A stretch of DNA of 64,000 bases from NCBI GenBank assembly GCA_964390305.1, contig CAYMHT010000002.1, positions 27,212 to 91,211 of the forward strand, read 5' to 3'. Of this stretch, positions 21,307 to 31,535 are shown one piece after another. The DNA is from an uncultured Anaerolineales bacterium (lineage in GTDB: Bacteria; Chloroflexota; Anaerolineae; B4-G1). Below the pieces are notes generated by a model. That model saw only the letters and a list, made by a program, of their open reading frames with translations. It ran no database searches and had not been told where the DNA came from. The position numbers and the translations under genes were made by a program. Every line of letters begins with the position of its first letter. Within the stretch, counting starts at the first letter, position 1.

Positions 21307-23667
21307 TCAGGCGCCGGCCTGTCCCGTCGTCCCCATCGTCTCCAGTAGGTCCTGGTAGCCATCCACGCCCGGCGGATTCAGGGCGATGATCGCCCGAATA
21401 GTTGCCTTAGCTTCTTCGCGCTGTCCGGCGTCGAGCTGTAGATGCGCCAGCCTCTCCATGTGCTCCACAGCCACCTCCGTGTCTCCCACGTCGAGATGCA
21501 CCTCGGCCACCCGCCCCCGCAGGGGGATGCTGTCGGGCCACCTCTCGACCAGATCACTCAAGACACTGAACATCCGCTCTGCCCGACCCCTCTCCCGGTA
21601 CAGTTGAAGAAGCCCGTCGAGTTCCTGAATCGCCCTCTCCGGTCGATTGAGTCGATGGTAAAGCTCCGTCAACGACCTACGCGCTCGCTCATCGCCGGGC
21701 GCTTCGTCCCGAATCCGTTCGTACACCGACACCGCACGCCTCCAGTCTACGCGCTGCGTATCGATGTCGGCGATCCTGTGGAGAATACGCACCGTCCAGT
21801 CCCGCGCCTCGTCACTCCTGTGCGCCAGTCGAAGCGCCTCCTCGTAGGCCTCGCGCGCCAGGCCCATCTGCGCAAGACGGTAGTGGCTATCCGCCAGCAT
21901 CAGGTATTCTCTCAACGCGTCATCGATATTTCCGTCGCTGACGAGCAAGTCAATAACCTTGGCTCGCACGCCTGCGTCCATAGGCGCCAGGTCAAGGGCC
22001 CGCTCGTACATTGCCACAGCCTGGCGTGGCAGCCCACGAGTCCGATACGTGTCGCCTATCACCACGAACTTATTGACTGCCTCCTCCACGTCCCCCATCG
22101 CGAGACACACATCGGCAAGCTGCCGATGGACAGGCAGGCAGGTGGGCGTCGACTCCAGCGCGTAATGGCATTCTTCCATCGCCGAGTAGTACAGACCTCG
22201 TCTGACGTATTCTCGGGACGTCGCAATCGACTCCAGCGTCCGCTCCCAGTGCGGGACCGTCAACGCCTCCGCCAGGCTCACGCCTGTCCCCTGTCCGGCC
22301 AGCGTGTCGAGTATCTGGCGCGCCGCCCTGACTCTGTCCTCCCAATCCTCATCCTTCAGCAAGCTCACCAGTGAGTTGACGAAATCGAGCGCCTGGGACC
22401 GGTGGCCTTCAACCAAGTAGCCATCACTCAGGTGCTCGTACAGACTGAGCAGATCATCAGTATGCTCTTCCCGGGCGTTCGCCACATCGATGGTCTTCAA
22501 CACCTCGATGAAGTGCTCTAGTGCCTCATTCACGCGCCCGCGAGCACGGTAGCACTCCCCAAGAGCAAAGCAGCTACCCAGCCTGTAATCAGAATGCGCG
22601 GCGGCACGCTTAAACTCCGCCACTGCATCGTCAAACCGGCGCAACTCCTGATAGAGGTACCCCAGGCTAAACTGCAGCGCCGCACAGTCTCCACCAGCCT
22701 CGATCACCTTCTCATACGCTGTCACCGCCTCCGCGGCCTTCCCACGAGCTTGCAGGTCGATCGCCTCGCTGATAAGGGCGTCAACCGCCCTCCTACCGCG
22801 CCCTCCGGCTCCCATTCCGAAGGGTTCTTGTTCCCTGAAGATGCTCTCCGCCAGCTCCGAAAGCGCCTTGCGTCGCGTGACCTCCGCCGGGCTCCCTTTT
22901 TCTTCCCTCTGCTCATACGCCTCCGCAGCCTCGAAATCCAGGCCTACCACCTCGGCAAGTTCCGGTTCCACCGCAGCTTCAGACGCCGACCGAGTCCCAG
23001 CATCAGCTCCCGCCCTCATCTCACCGTCCTGACGCAGTTCATCGAGCATGCTCGACACGTCAGGATTGTCTGGCGCCAGCCGTTGCGCGTGTTCGCAGAG
23101 GCGAATCGCATAGTCGGGCCGCTGTCGATCCCGGTATAGCCCTGCCAGCGCCAGGCATTCGCCAACCGCTTTCCCCGTTCGCCCTTCACGCTGATACTGC
23201 TTCAGCAACGCCACCCGCACGTCCACGCAGGACGGGTCCAGGTCAGCGGCTGCCTCCCAGCACCCCGCCGCCAGCTGGGGCGCCCGCTGCTGCTCGATAT
23301 ACTGCCTGCCACAGGCCAGGAACGCTCTGGCAGCCTCCTTCTTGTGGCCAACCTCCTCCAGTGCTTTCGCCAGTTGCTGCAGCAACACTGGGTCTTCAGG
23401 CTCGATTTCGCTCGCCCGCCTGTAGATCTCCAATGCCTTTCCTGGTCGCCCCACACTCCGATAGGCCATACCCAGGCCCGAAAGCGCCGGAACGCTCTCT
23501 GGGAACTCCTCGAGCGCCCGTTCATAGGCCGAGATGGCCTCCAACCAGTCCCCCTCCCACGCAACCCCAGTGGCGGCTCGCATTGCCTTCTCGAACACTT
23601 CCCGGTCTCCTGCCACCATCGGACCTCTCAGTCTCTCTGAGTCGGCTTGGCCCTTCTCTCGATCCAT
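21307..23667 (-). CDS. large tetratricopeptide-repeat (TPR) protein
   Basis: 786 aa, many ~34-aa repeats with the A/Y/L pattern of TPRs (e.g. ...AYRSVGRPGKALEIYRRASEIEPED...). Confidence 0.7.
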   Translation of the reverse strand: MDREKGQADSERLRGPMVAGDREVFEKAMRAATGVAWEGDWLEAISAYERALEEFPESVPALSGLGMAYRSVGRPGKALEIYRRASEIEPEDPVLLQQLAKALEEVGHKKEAARAFLACGRQYIEQQRAPQLAAGCWEAAADLDPSCVDVRVALLKQYQREGRTGKAVGECLALAGLYRDRQRPDYAIRLCEHAQRLAPDNPDVSSMLDELRQDGEMRAGADAGTRSASEAAVEPELAEVVGLDFEAAEAYEQREEKGSPAEVTRRKALSELAESIFREQEPFGMGAGGRGRRAVDALISEAIDLQARGKAAEAVTAYEKVIEAGGDCAALQFSLGYLYQELRRFDDAVAEFKRAAAHSDYRLGSCFALGECYRARGRVNEALEHFIEVLKTIDVANAREEHTDDLLSLYEHLSDGYLVEGHRSQALDFVNSLVSLLKDEDWEDRVRAARQILDTLAGQGTGVSLAEALTVPHWERTLESIATSREYVRRGLYYSAMEECHYALESTPTCLPVHRQLADVCLAMGDVEEAVNKFVVIGDTYRTRGLPRQAVAMYERALDLAPMDAGVRAKVIDLLVSDGNIDDALREYLMLADSHYRLAQMGLAREAYEEALRLAHRSDEARDWTVRILHRIADIDTQRVDWRRAVSVYERIRDEAPGDERARRSLTELYHRLNRPERAIQELDGLLQLYRERGRAERMFSVLSDLVERWPDSIPLRGRVAEVHLDVGDTEVAVEHMERLAHLQLDAGQREEAKATIRAIIALNPPGVDGYQDLLETMGTTGQAGA

Positions 23668-23669
23668 AC

Positions 23670-24629
23670 CTAGACTCCGGACGCCCTCTCCTCGTCTCCC
23701 ATCAGGCTGACCAGCAACGCCTTCTGGGCATGCATCCGGTTCTCAGCCTGATCCCACAGGACCGAGTGTGGGCCATCGCAGACCGCATCTGTGATCTCCT
23801 GCCCTCGATGCGCAGGCAGGCAGTGCATAACGATGACGTCGGACTTGGCGTTCTCAAGCAACGCCTGATTCACCTGGTAAGGCGCGAAGATCCGAGCCCG
23901 CTCCGTTGCCTCTTCTTCCTCACCCATCGACGCCCACACGTCCGTATAGACCACATCTGCGTCCGTGACGGCCTCCTCCGGTTCGTGGGTCGCAAATACC
24001 TCGCTGCCGCTCGTCGCAGCGAACCGCTGACCCTGCTTCCAGACGTCATGCGCCAGCTCGTATCCCGCAGGGTTGGCAATCGCGAAGTCCATTCCCACGA
24101 GCGTGGCGCCGAACAACAGTGACGTAGCTACGTTGTTCCCGTCCCCCACGAAAGCCAGCTTGTGCCCCGTGAGATCGTCCCCCTTCTTCTCGACCATCGT
24201 GAGCAGATCAGACAACCCTTGACACGGATGATTATAGTCAGACAGACCGTTGATCACCGGGACCGACGAATACACTGCCAGGGTCAATACATGGTCGTGA
24301 TCAAAGACCCGCGCCATGATCCCGTCCACGTACCGAGAGAACACCCGTGACACATCGGGCACACCCTCCCGTTCGCCCAACTGAATCTCAAAAGGAGAGA
24401 AGTAGAGCGCCTGGCCGCCGAGGTGGAGCATCCCCATCTCAAAAGAGGCTCGAGTTCGAAGAGAAGGCTTCTGAAAGATCATGCCGAGGGTCTTGCCCCC
24501 CAACAAAGGACGGTTTCCTCCACGCTTCCACTCTCTCTTCAACTGCGCGGCTAGGTCGAGCAGAGCGCGAATCTCCTCAGACGTAAGGTCAGCCAGACTA
24601 AGAAAATGTCGCATCGGAATCCCCTCCAC
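23670..24629 (-). CDS. argF: ornithine carbamoyltransferase
   Basis: STRTR carbamoyl-phosphate motif ([11 protein letters not shown]), HPCQ and HCLP motifs of OTCases. Confidence 0.85.
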   Translation of the reverse strand: MEGIPMRHFLSLADLTSEEIRALLDLAAQLKREWKRGGNRPLLGGKTLGMIFQKPSLRTRASFEMGMLHLGGQALYFSPFEIQLGEREGVPDVSRVFSRYVDGIMARVFDHDHVLTLAVYSSVPVINGLSDYNHPCQGLSDLLTMVEKKGDDLTGHKLAFVGDGNNVATSLLFGATLVGMDFAIANPAGYELAHDVWKQGQRFAATSGSEVFATHEPEEAVTDADVVYTDVWASMGEEEEATERARIFAPYQVNQALLENAKSDVIVMHCLPAHRGQEITDAVCDGPHSVLWDQAENRMHAQKALLVSLMGDEERASGV

Positions 24630-24742
24630 TGAATCTCGGTGACTGTTGGAGACAGGCCAGAGCAGACACGCGCAAGTATACCATAAGGAACGCCCCGTTC
24701 AAAATCCCTGCCCACTCAAACCAGTGCCTGCTCCTGCCCCTT

Positions 24743-24925
24743 TTACCCGCGCTCTTCCAGCCGCTCCTCCATCGCCTTGATCTCTAGCTCGATCCGCCGC
24801 TGCCGCGCCCAGATCGAGAACACGAGGACAAACGTAAACGCCCAAAACACCGCGTAGGCCGCCACCAGATAGACAGACATCACAGCCTCCCCTGCTCCTC
24901 CACTAGCCGTTTCACCTCCGTTCAA
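24743..24925 (-). CDS. ccmD: heme exporter protein CcmD-like small single-TM protein
   Basis: 60 aa, one TM helix, positioned right after ccmC with 14-nt overlap. Confidence 0.5.
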   Translation of the reverse strand: MNGGETASGGAGEAVMSVYLVAAYAVFWAFTFVLVFSIWARQRRIELEIKAMEERLEERG

Positions 24926-25604
24926 GGTTCACCCGCAACCGAACCACCTCTTCCCTCGCTCGCTCGAGAGACACCCGCAAGCGGAGCGTCGTCGCGTACA
25001 GCAGCGTGAAAGCCCCAATGGCCACCAACAACGTCTGCGTCATCCGCGGCGTGATGGCCATTCCCTCACCCCCCGTCAGAACGTCTGGATGAATCGTCCG
25101 CCACCATCGAATCGCGAACCAGGACAACGGCACGGTGACGAAAGCCACAATGCCGTAGACAGCACCGAACCGCGCCTTCTGCTCGGAGCTCTCCACCGAT
25201 GCGCGCAGCATCCCGTACGCCACGTAGATCAGAAACTGGACGACAGAGATCGTCAGCCGCGGCTCCCAGGTCCAGTAGGTGCCCCACACCGGCTTCGCCC
25301 ACAGCGACCCTGTGACGACGGTCATGGCGATGAACGTGAGCCCCACCTCAACCGACGAGAGGCTTACCATGTCCCATCGGCGCCCCCCCGTCGCGAGGTA
25401 GCCAATCCCTGTTACAAGGGTCACGAAGAAGGCAAAGAATCCCACCCATGCAGAAGCCACGTGGAAGTAAAAGATGCGCTGCACATCGCCCATCGTGGCC
25501 TCGCGCGGGGCGTAGAGAAACACCATCCCCAAAGCCGCGATCACAGCCGCCCCGGTCCCGGCCGTAAGGACAACGTCCCACACCCGTCGTCTCCACTTGC
25601 TCAT
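24912..25604 (-). CDS. ccmC: heme exporter protein CcmC
   Basis: WWD-domain signature (WAKPVWGTYWTWEPRL) and conserved His. Confidence 0.85.
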   Translation of the reverse strand: MSKWRRRVWDVVLTAGTGAAVIAALGMVFLYAPREATMGDVQRIFYFHVASAWVGFFAFFVTLVTGIGYLATGGRRWDMVSLSSVEVGLTFIAMTVVTGSLWAKPVWGTYWTWEPRLTISVVQFLIYVAYGMLRASVESSEQKARFGAVYGIVAFVTVPLSWFAIRWWRTIHPDVLTGGEGMAITPRMTQTLLVAIGAFTLLYATTLRLRVSLERAREEVVRLRVNLERR

Positions 25605-25621
25605 CGCTTCTCGCCCCTTCC

Positions 25622-26308
25622 CTACTCCTCGACGACGTACCCGAACGTCAGCACGGAGATAGCCATGACGGCCAGATCATACGCAACCAGGATGCGGACC
25701 CAGCCTCTCACCTCACTCAGCGTCGCCCCCCCTATCAGCCCCCCGGTCGCTTGAACGGCTCCGATGAGAACGGGGACCGCCAGCGGTAGAAGGAGCACCG
25801 GAAGCATCACCTCTCTCGCCCGTGTGTTCACAGCGATCGCAGCCAGCAACGTCCCCACCGCTGCGTAGCCCACCGTTCCCAGCGCCAGCACCACGACAAT
25901 GCCCGCACGCAGCAACGGTACGTCAAACAAGGCAGCGAAGAAGGGCAGCAGAACCACTTCCACGACCGCCATAAACAGCATGTTGCTCGCTGCCTTGCCG
26001 AAGAAGACCGCCGAGCGGTCCATCGGCGCCAGCAGGAGTCCGTCGATGCACCCATTGAGCTCCTCGACCGCCAGCGAGCGGCTCAGCCCCAGCGTGCCTG
26101 CGAAGGCCACCGTGGCCCAGAGCACACCCGGCGCCGCCGCCTCTGCCATCTCCCCACGCAGATCCAGTGTGAAGCTGAAGATCATGAGCGCCAGGGCCGA
26201 GAACACCAGCATCGCGCTCACCAACTCCTTGCTGTGGACCTCAGCAGCGATGTCCTTCTCAACGATGGCCAGCACCTGTCCCAGAAAACGCAATCTCCTG
26301 ACCCCCAA
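25622..26308 (-). CDS. ccmB: heme exporter protein CcmB
   Basis: CcmB-type six-TM ABC permease, placed between ccmA and ccmC. Confidence 0.8.
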   Translation of the reverse strand: MGVRRLRFLGQVLAIVEKDIAAEVHSKELVSAMLVFSALALMIFSFTLDLRGEMAEAAAPGVLWATVAFAGTLGLSRSLAVEELNGCIDGLLLAPMDRSAVFFGKAASNMLFMAVVEVVLLPFFAALFDVPLLRAGIVVVLALGTVGYAAVGTLLAAIAVNTRAREVMLPVLLLPLAVPVLIGAVQATGGLIGGATLSEVRGWVRILVAYDLAVMAISVLTFGYVVEE

Positions 26309-26317
26309 CCTCGACGC

Positions 26318-27013
26318 CTACGTCGTCATGGCCCGGTACGTATCCGCGAACGTCTGTGCCGAAATTGCCTCACGCGGCTGGTCGTAGATCAAACGACCTC
26401 GGTGGAGAACCAGGACTCGCTCGCCCACCGCCAGACCCCGGCTCATCCGATGCGTCGCGAGCAGCATTGTCCGTCCTTCTCCGGTCAGATTCACGAGCAT
26501 GTCGGTCAACGTCTCCACCGCCACTGGGTCGAGCCCTGCGTAAGGCTCATCCAGCAGCAGAACCTGCGGCCCATGAAGCACCGCTCGAGCAATCGCAAGC
26601 CGTTGCTTCATCCCTCCCGAGAATGTGCGTACTCTATCACGCCGCCGGGCCCCAAGACCCAGCTGCTCCAGGAGGTCCCCGATCCGCACCGAAGCCTCCG
26701 CAACAGCGTACATCCGGGCGTAGAACCGCAGGTTCTGCTCAGCGGTGAGGTCATCGTAGAGCAGCGTCCGGTGAGACAGGAAGCCGATCTGCCCACGCAC
26801 CCGCTCTCCCCGGCGACCCGGGTCTACCCCGCCGATACGCACGCTCCCGCTGCTCGGCCGAGCGATAGTGGCTAGGACCCGGAGCAGAGTCGTTTTTCCC
26901 GCCCCGTTAGGCCCCACCAACGTGACGAACTCGCCCTCACGGATCAAGAGATCGATGCCCGCCAGAGCAGTGCGGGGGCCGAAGCTCTTGGTCAGGTTCC
27001 AGGTCTCAATCAT
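26318..27013 (-). CDS. ccmA: heme exporter ATP-binding protein CcmA
   Basis: Walker A GPNGAGKTT, signature FSGGMKQRLAIA, Walker B LLLDEP. Confidence 0.85.
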   Translation of the reverse strand: MIETWNLTKSFGPRTALAGIDLLIREGEFVTLVGPNGAGKTTLLRVLATIARPSSGSVRIGGVDPGRRGERVRGQIGFLSHRTLLYDDLTAEQNLRFYARMYAVAEASVRIGDLLEQLGLGARRRDRVRTFSGGMKQRLAIARAVLHGPQVLLLDEPYAGLDPVAVETLTDMLVNLTGEGRTMLLATHRMSRGLAVGERVLVLHRGRLIYDQPREAISAQTFADTYRAMTT

Positions 27014-28245
27014 CCACGCCGACCCGACAGTTTCTCGCCCAACCGCCGTTTCAGGGCCTCCCGCTTCTCTCGGTACACCCTCTCCGAAACGTACCCCCTC
27101 TCAAAATCACGATCTAGCGCAGCAATCACTTCGACCTCGGTCCGTACCTGCCTGGGGACCGATCCAGGCAACGGCGATCGCCACAGCCAGTACACTGCCG
27201 CGCCGGACAGGGCCAGCGCAGCGATCCCCACCGCCACATCCGCCAGCTCATCGGTACGCTCTGTCTCCGCAGCACCGACCCCGGTGCCAACCACTGCGAA
27301 GGACAGCGGCTCACCCGCATCCAGCGGCCCTCCCGTGTACGAAGTCGCAGGTCCCATCTGGGTCTCCAGTGGACCCTCCGCAGACAGACCGGCTCCCTCC
27401 AACCTGGCGCCTTCCCCTATCAGCACCACAACGAACCCATCCACCGGCAAATCGAACGCCTCTTCAATCGGCTGTCCCTCGGAATAGGCCACTTCGTAGG
27501 TGAATGAGATTTCCACACTCCCCCGCCCCGGAGGGATCGCTCTCGTATCGCCGAATCCGTCGCCCATCGCGACGAAACGCCCGCCAAGCTCCCCTCCGTC
27601 GAAGCCAAGCCTTTCGGCCCCGCCCGGCAGCGCCACAGCCCACGTTGTGGGGCTGCCGGACCCGGAGCGCGACGACCCGACGTAGGTACGCGCACCGTCG
27701 TTGCTGATCACACAGTGCTGCCCAACGCGCAGCCGGTCCTCTACCCTCTCCACGAATACGTGAAGCTGATCCACGCTCACCTCTCGGGCATCCTCTGTGG
27801 CCTCGTAGACGGTGATGGGTAGCGAGACCTCCTCCTCGCCCGGCTGAACAGTGACCATCTCAGACACGTACATCACGCCCTCGTAAACGGCCCGTGCGAC
27901 GAGGACCTGACCCGCCTGCACTGGGACCTGCCCGAAACGGAACCGGCCCTCCGAGCTCAGCGTCGTCGCATAAACGTCCGTCTCCTGCGTGCCGGAGAAG
28001 ATGTGCAGCGTCACCTCCAGGTCATCTGGAACCACCCCATCCGGGGTCCCGTTGACGACTTCGCCGACCACGGTCCTGACGAGATTCTGCGAGTCATACG
28101 CATTCGAGACACACGCATCGCACTCATACGTCCAGGAGTCATCCGTCCAGCCGATAGAGAGTGATGCCGTGACTAACGCGAGCGCCACAAGGGGCCAACG
28201 CGTCCAGGCCGTCTCGCGGTGTACGGGTGTCCAATGCTCGCTCAC
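27010..28245 (-). CDS. ccm-operon embedded protein: signal peptide, CxxC near N-terminus, large periplasmic beta-rich domain, C-terminal TM helix and SHOCT-like cytoplasmic tail
   Basis: 4-nt overlaps with ccmA and with upstream zinc-ribbon gene; motif TYECDACVSNAYDS after signal; tail ...ALDRDFERGYVSERVYREKREALKRRL. Confidence 0.5.
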   Translation of the reverse strand: MSEHWTPVHRETAWTRWPLVALALVTASLSIGWTDDSWTYECDACVSNAYDSQNLVRTVVGEVVNGTPDGVVPDDLEVTLHIFSGTQETDVYATTLSSEGRFRFGQVPVQAGQVLVARAVYEGVMYVSEMVTVQPGEEEVSLPITVYEATEDAREVSVDQLHVFVERVEDRLRVGQHCVISNDGARTYVGSSRSGSGSPTTWAVALPGGAERLGFDGGELGGRFVAMGDGFGDTRAIPPGRGSVEISFTYEVAYSEGQPIEEAFDLPVDGFVVVLIGEGARLEGAGLSAEGPLETQMGPATSYTGGPLDAGEPLSFAVVGTGVGAAETERTDELADVAVGIAALALSGAAVYWLWRSPLPGSVPRQVRTEVEVIAALDRDFERGYVSERVYREKREALKRRLGEKLSGRRG

Positions 28246-28511
28246 CGAGAGCCCCCCCTCAGTCTCTCCCCGCAGCCGGAGCAGAACCGGTCATCGGCAG
28301 CAACACGACGATCACACCGTGGACAGAAGCTGACGGTTTCACCGTCCGCCCCAACCGTCTCTCTCTCCCGCACCTGGACCACCCAGGTTTCGATCGCCCG
28401 ATCCAAATCGGCCGTTCGCGTCCCTCTACGGAACGGTCGCGCCACGTACGCCGCCACCACAGCGAACGCACCAATACCCACCAATACAGCGCCGATGCTC
28501 ATCGTCACCAC
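28242..28511 (-). CDS. small membrane protein with C-terminal C4 zinc-ribbon (CPRC...CSGC)
   Basis: 89 aa, N-terminal TM helix, CxxC-x12-CxxC; 4-nt overlap with downstream gene, inside ccm operon. Confidence 0.45.
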   Translation of the reverse strand: MVTMSIGAVLVGIGAFAVVAAYVARPFRRGTRTADLDRAIETWVVQVRERETVGADGETVSFCPRCDRRVAADDRFCSGCGERLRGGSR

Positions 28512-28559
28512 CTCACGCTGCGACTCCCCTCTCCAACTCCCTCTTCAGCCCACCGGCGG

Positions 28560-30626
28560 TCATCGGACCAACGGCCTCGCCGGCCCCCACATCGCCCAGA
28601 CAGCCACCACCAGCAGAGCCGCCCCGACAATTAGTCCTGCGGTGCTCCACAGTCTTCGTCGCCGTGCGCCGGATCTGGGTACATCCGCCGCCCTTGCCGC
28701 TGGCCAGCCAGCGACGGCTCCACCCGTCACGAACACCAGCCCACCCAGCCACAGGAACGACACCAGCGGATTGATCAGGACTTTCAACGTCACCGTCCCG
28801 TCCCCCTCCGCCCAGCCGGCCAGCACGACGTAGAGGTCCTCTCTCGCCCCTGACCAAACCGCCGGGGCTGCCACCGTCTGACCGAAGTTACCATACGCCT
28901 CCAGCCGGGGTTCCAGCCTAGTCAGCTGTCTCCCTCCGCGATACACAGAGACCATAGCCTCCGTCGTCACACGGTCACTCAGCGCCTCGCGCCTCAACTC
29001 CTCAAAGACCACCGTGTACCCCTGGACGTCCACCGACTCACCCGCTCCCAGCACCGCGTCTGTCTCAACTGAATAAAAGCGCGTGCCGATCACCCCAATC
29101 GCCATCAGAATCACCCCGGCGTGCACCACGTAGCCGCCGTACCGGCGACGGCCCCGGCCAAACAGGTGCCACACAGCCCTCAGCACCCCCTCGCCCTGGC
29201 GCCTCCGCACAGCCACGCCGCGTGCGATCTCCGCTAGCGCGGTCCCCCCCGCCAGCCCAACCAGGGCAAAGCCCACCAGCGAAGACGGGCGCGTGAAGCC
29301 CGACAGAGCCGCGCCAAGCGTCACGATCAGGCCACCTGAGATCGCTCCCAGCCCTCGCTTCGGCAAGCCGCGCACTGCGGTTACTGCCCGTCCCAGCAAC
29401 GGGCAAACCCCCATCACCAGCACCAGAGCGGCGAACTGCGGCCCTGTGACGCGATCGAACCAGCTCGGCCCCGCCTCAAACCGCTGGCCGGTCAAAGCTT
29501 CTGTAAGTGTCGGCAGGAGACTCCCGATCAGCACCGAGCCGGTGATGGTCAAGAAGAGGATCAACGTCAGCGTGAACGTCCCTTCACGGGAGAAGAGTTC
29601 GTCCGACGCCCTAGGACTGCTCAGTAGCGATCGGCGGCTGTAGAACAGCGCTAACGAGCCCAAGACCGTCACGCCGATAGCACCCAGGAAGTAGACGCCC
29701 AGGTTTGACCGGGCGAAGGCATGGACCGACTGGATCAGCCCGCTCCTCGTCGCGAACGTCCCGAACAGCACCAGCGTGAACGAAATCAGCACCAGACTCA
29801 CATTCCACCAGCGGAACCCGCGCCGCTCATCCTGCATCACCAGACAGTGAAGCAGCGCGGTCGCCGTGAGCCACGGCATAAGGCCCGCGTTCTCCACCGG
29901 ATCCCAGCCCCAGTACCCTCCCCACCCCAGGACGTCGTACGCCCAGCGCATGCCCAGGAAAACCCCCACGCCCAGAAACAGCCATGCCCACAGAGTCCAC
30001 CCCCGCGCAGCCTTCGGCCATTCCTTCATACGTCCGGTAACCAACGCAGCCAGCGCCAGCGCGAAAGGCACCGCGAGCCCCACATACCCCAGATACAGCG
30101 CCGGTGGATGGAAGATCATCCCCGGATGCCGCAGCAGCGGGTTCAGCCCCCGGCCATCGACGGGCACGCCCTCAGACATTCGGAAGGGGTTCGAGAGAAA
30201 CAGGGTCACGAATACGAAGAAAGCGGTGATCAGGCTCAGGAACACAGCTGCCCAGGCGACGAGCGGCTGGCTCTTCTTCGACGCTCCCCCCGCCACCAAC
30301 GCGCCAAACAGCCCCTGCAGAAACGCCCACACCAGCAGCGACCCGGTCTGACCTCCCCATACGGCCGAGACCTTCAGGTACAGGGGGAGATCACGACTCG
30401 AGTGCTCCATCACGTAGTCGATGGCGAATCGATCAGCCAGAAACGCACCCACCAGGGCCAGCACGGCCAGCCCCAAGAGACCCGCAGCGGCGAAGACTGC
30501 GTTGCGACCACTCTCCCACCAGCGCCCATCTCCGCTCCGAATGGACCAAAATATGACAGCGGCGGCGTAGAGGACCGTCATCAGCGCCAGCCCGATAAGG
30601 ATCGACCCAACCTCTGCGAGCATCAA
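28560..30626 (-). CDS. ccmF: cytochrome c-type biogenesis protein CcmF
   Basis: WWD domain (WGGYWGWDPVENAGLMPWL), multi-TM, 688 aa. Confidence 0.85.
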   Translation of the reverse strand: MMLAEVGSILIGLALMTVLYAAAVIFWSIRSGDGRWWESGRNAVFAAAGLLGLAVLALVGAFLADRFAIDYVMEHSSRDLPLYLKVSAVWGGQTGSLLVWAFLQGLFGALVAGGASKKSQPLVAWAAVFLSLITAFFVFVTLFLSNPFRMSEGVPVDGRGLNPLLRHPGMIFHPPALYLGYVGLAVPFALALAALVTGRMKEWPKAARGWTLWAWLFLGVGVFLGMRWAYDVLGWGGYWGWDPVENAGLMPWLTATALLHCLVMQDERRGFRWWNVSLVLISFTLVLFGTFATRSGLIQSVHAFARSNLGVYFLGAIGVTVLGSLALFYSRRSLLSSPRASDELFSREGTFTLTLILFLTITGSVLIGSLLPTLTEALTGQRFEAGPSWFDRVTGPQFAALVLVMGVCPLLGRAVTAVRGLPKRGLGAISGGLIVTLGAALSGFTRPSSLVGFALVGLAGGTALAEIARGVAVRRRQGEGVLRAVWHLFGRGRRRYGGYVVHAGVILMAIGVIGTRFYSVETDAVLGAGESVDVQGYTVVFEELRREALSDRVTTEAMVSVYRGGRQLTRLEPRLEAYGNFGQTVAAPAVWSGAREDLYVVLAGWAEGDGTVTLKVLINPLVSFLWLGGLVFVTGGAVAGWPAARAADVPRSGARRRRLWSTAGLIVGAALLVVAVWAMWGPARPLVR

Positions 30627-31108
30627 GACTCCCCGGCCTGGCCTGGAACAGCTTCCTCATACCGCGTCGGGCATTTCAGCAGAACCTCGTCAGCGTAGAA
30701 ACGACCATCCCCCCTGAGCTCACCCCGAATGATGGCCTGAGCCTCGTGCTGCAGAAGACCAGGTTTGACGTCCGCCAGTACCACCTCGATCCGCGGTGTG
30801 TCAGGGTCGCTCACGGCGTCGTGAAGCACCGCTGTCAATCCCCCTGCCCGCTCGACCTCCCTCGGGTCCCCCGGAACCTGAGCGATCGTGAACGTCACCA
30901 TCGGCTTCGACGCATCATAGGAGATCGTGTCCCCCAGGACAGCTCCCGAGATCGTGATGCGCCGCCCGCGCGCATCGCCTCCCATCGCTCTTAGCTCGTC
31001 GATGGTCAGGAAATAACGAGCACTTTCCCCGGTGCTGCTGACAATAAGGTACACCACCGCCACCACAATCAGCAAGCCGGCTACCACGACCTTTGGCCTA
31101 CTCACCAT
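30623..31108 (-). CDS. ccmE: cytochrome c maturation heme chaperone CcmE
   Basis: N-terminal TM anchor plus OB-fold CcmE core (...FTIAQVPGD...GRFYADEVLLKCPTRYEE). Confidence 0.85.
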   Translation of the reverse strand: MVSRPKVVVAGLLIVVAVVYLIVSSTGESARYFLTIDELRAMGGDARGRRITISGAVLGDTISYDASKPMVTFTIAQVPGDPREVERAGGLTAVLHDAVSDPDTPRIEVVLADVKPGLLQHEAQAIIRGELRGDGRFYADEVLLKCPTRYEEAVPGQAGES

Positions 31109-31535
31109 GAGTCACGTTCTCCAACCCATCCAAGAGGAGGTCTCGCTCCTCGTCCACGGCTACACGAAGGGAGTTGGCGCGATCTGCGTCCGCCTGACAG
31201 CCCTTTGCCCAATCACTCAAGCTCGTAAGCAATCTACCACGAGTGATCACCACTGTCAACGCACCACCCAGCCGTGCTTCAACCCCGCCAGAACCTCAAC
31301 ATTCATTGCTGCCTCACCATCGTGCAAGCCGGGACTTGCCCGGGAGAGCACCGCTCTGACAGCCGGTATCGTGGGCACCTGGCAACTACGCAGCGCCCAG
31401 TGGCGCCGGGGCTGGGCCCGGTGGGCCCGTCTACTGAGGGGCAACGACGAGGGGACGGAAGGCTGAACCGGCCTCGTTCTTTGGTCCTCTGGCTGTGCGG
31501 CGGGTTGGGGTAGCGTCTCTTACACGCGCTCGCCG

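Noticed and set aside
29721-30698. 325-aa plus-strand ORF (also 39645-41063, 41433-42335, 32595-33530, 43842-44771, 45181-46335, 52488-53204, 53517-54749, 34873-35727, 532-1275, 1678-2325, 13487-14335, 18056-18874, 19600-20241, 21442-22374, 23361-24122)
   Set aside because: All are antisense or out-of-frame shadows of genes with strong family-level evidence (ccmF, giant S8 protease, GH, opu genes, CarH-like regulator, hydrolases, ctpA, rtcB, der, cdaR, TPR, argF); Arg/Pro/His-rich low-complexity translations typical of high-GC DNA.
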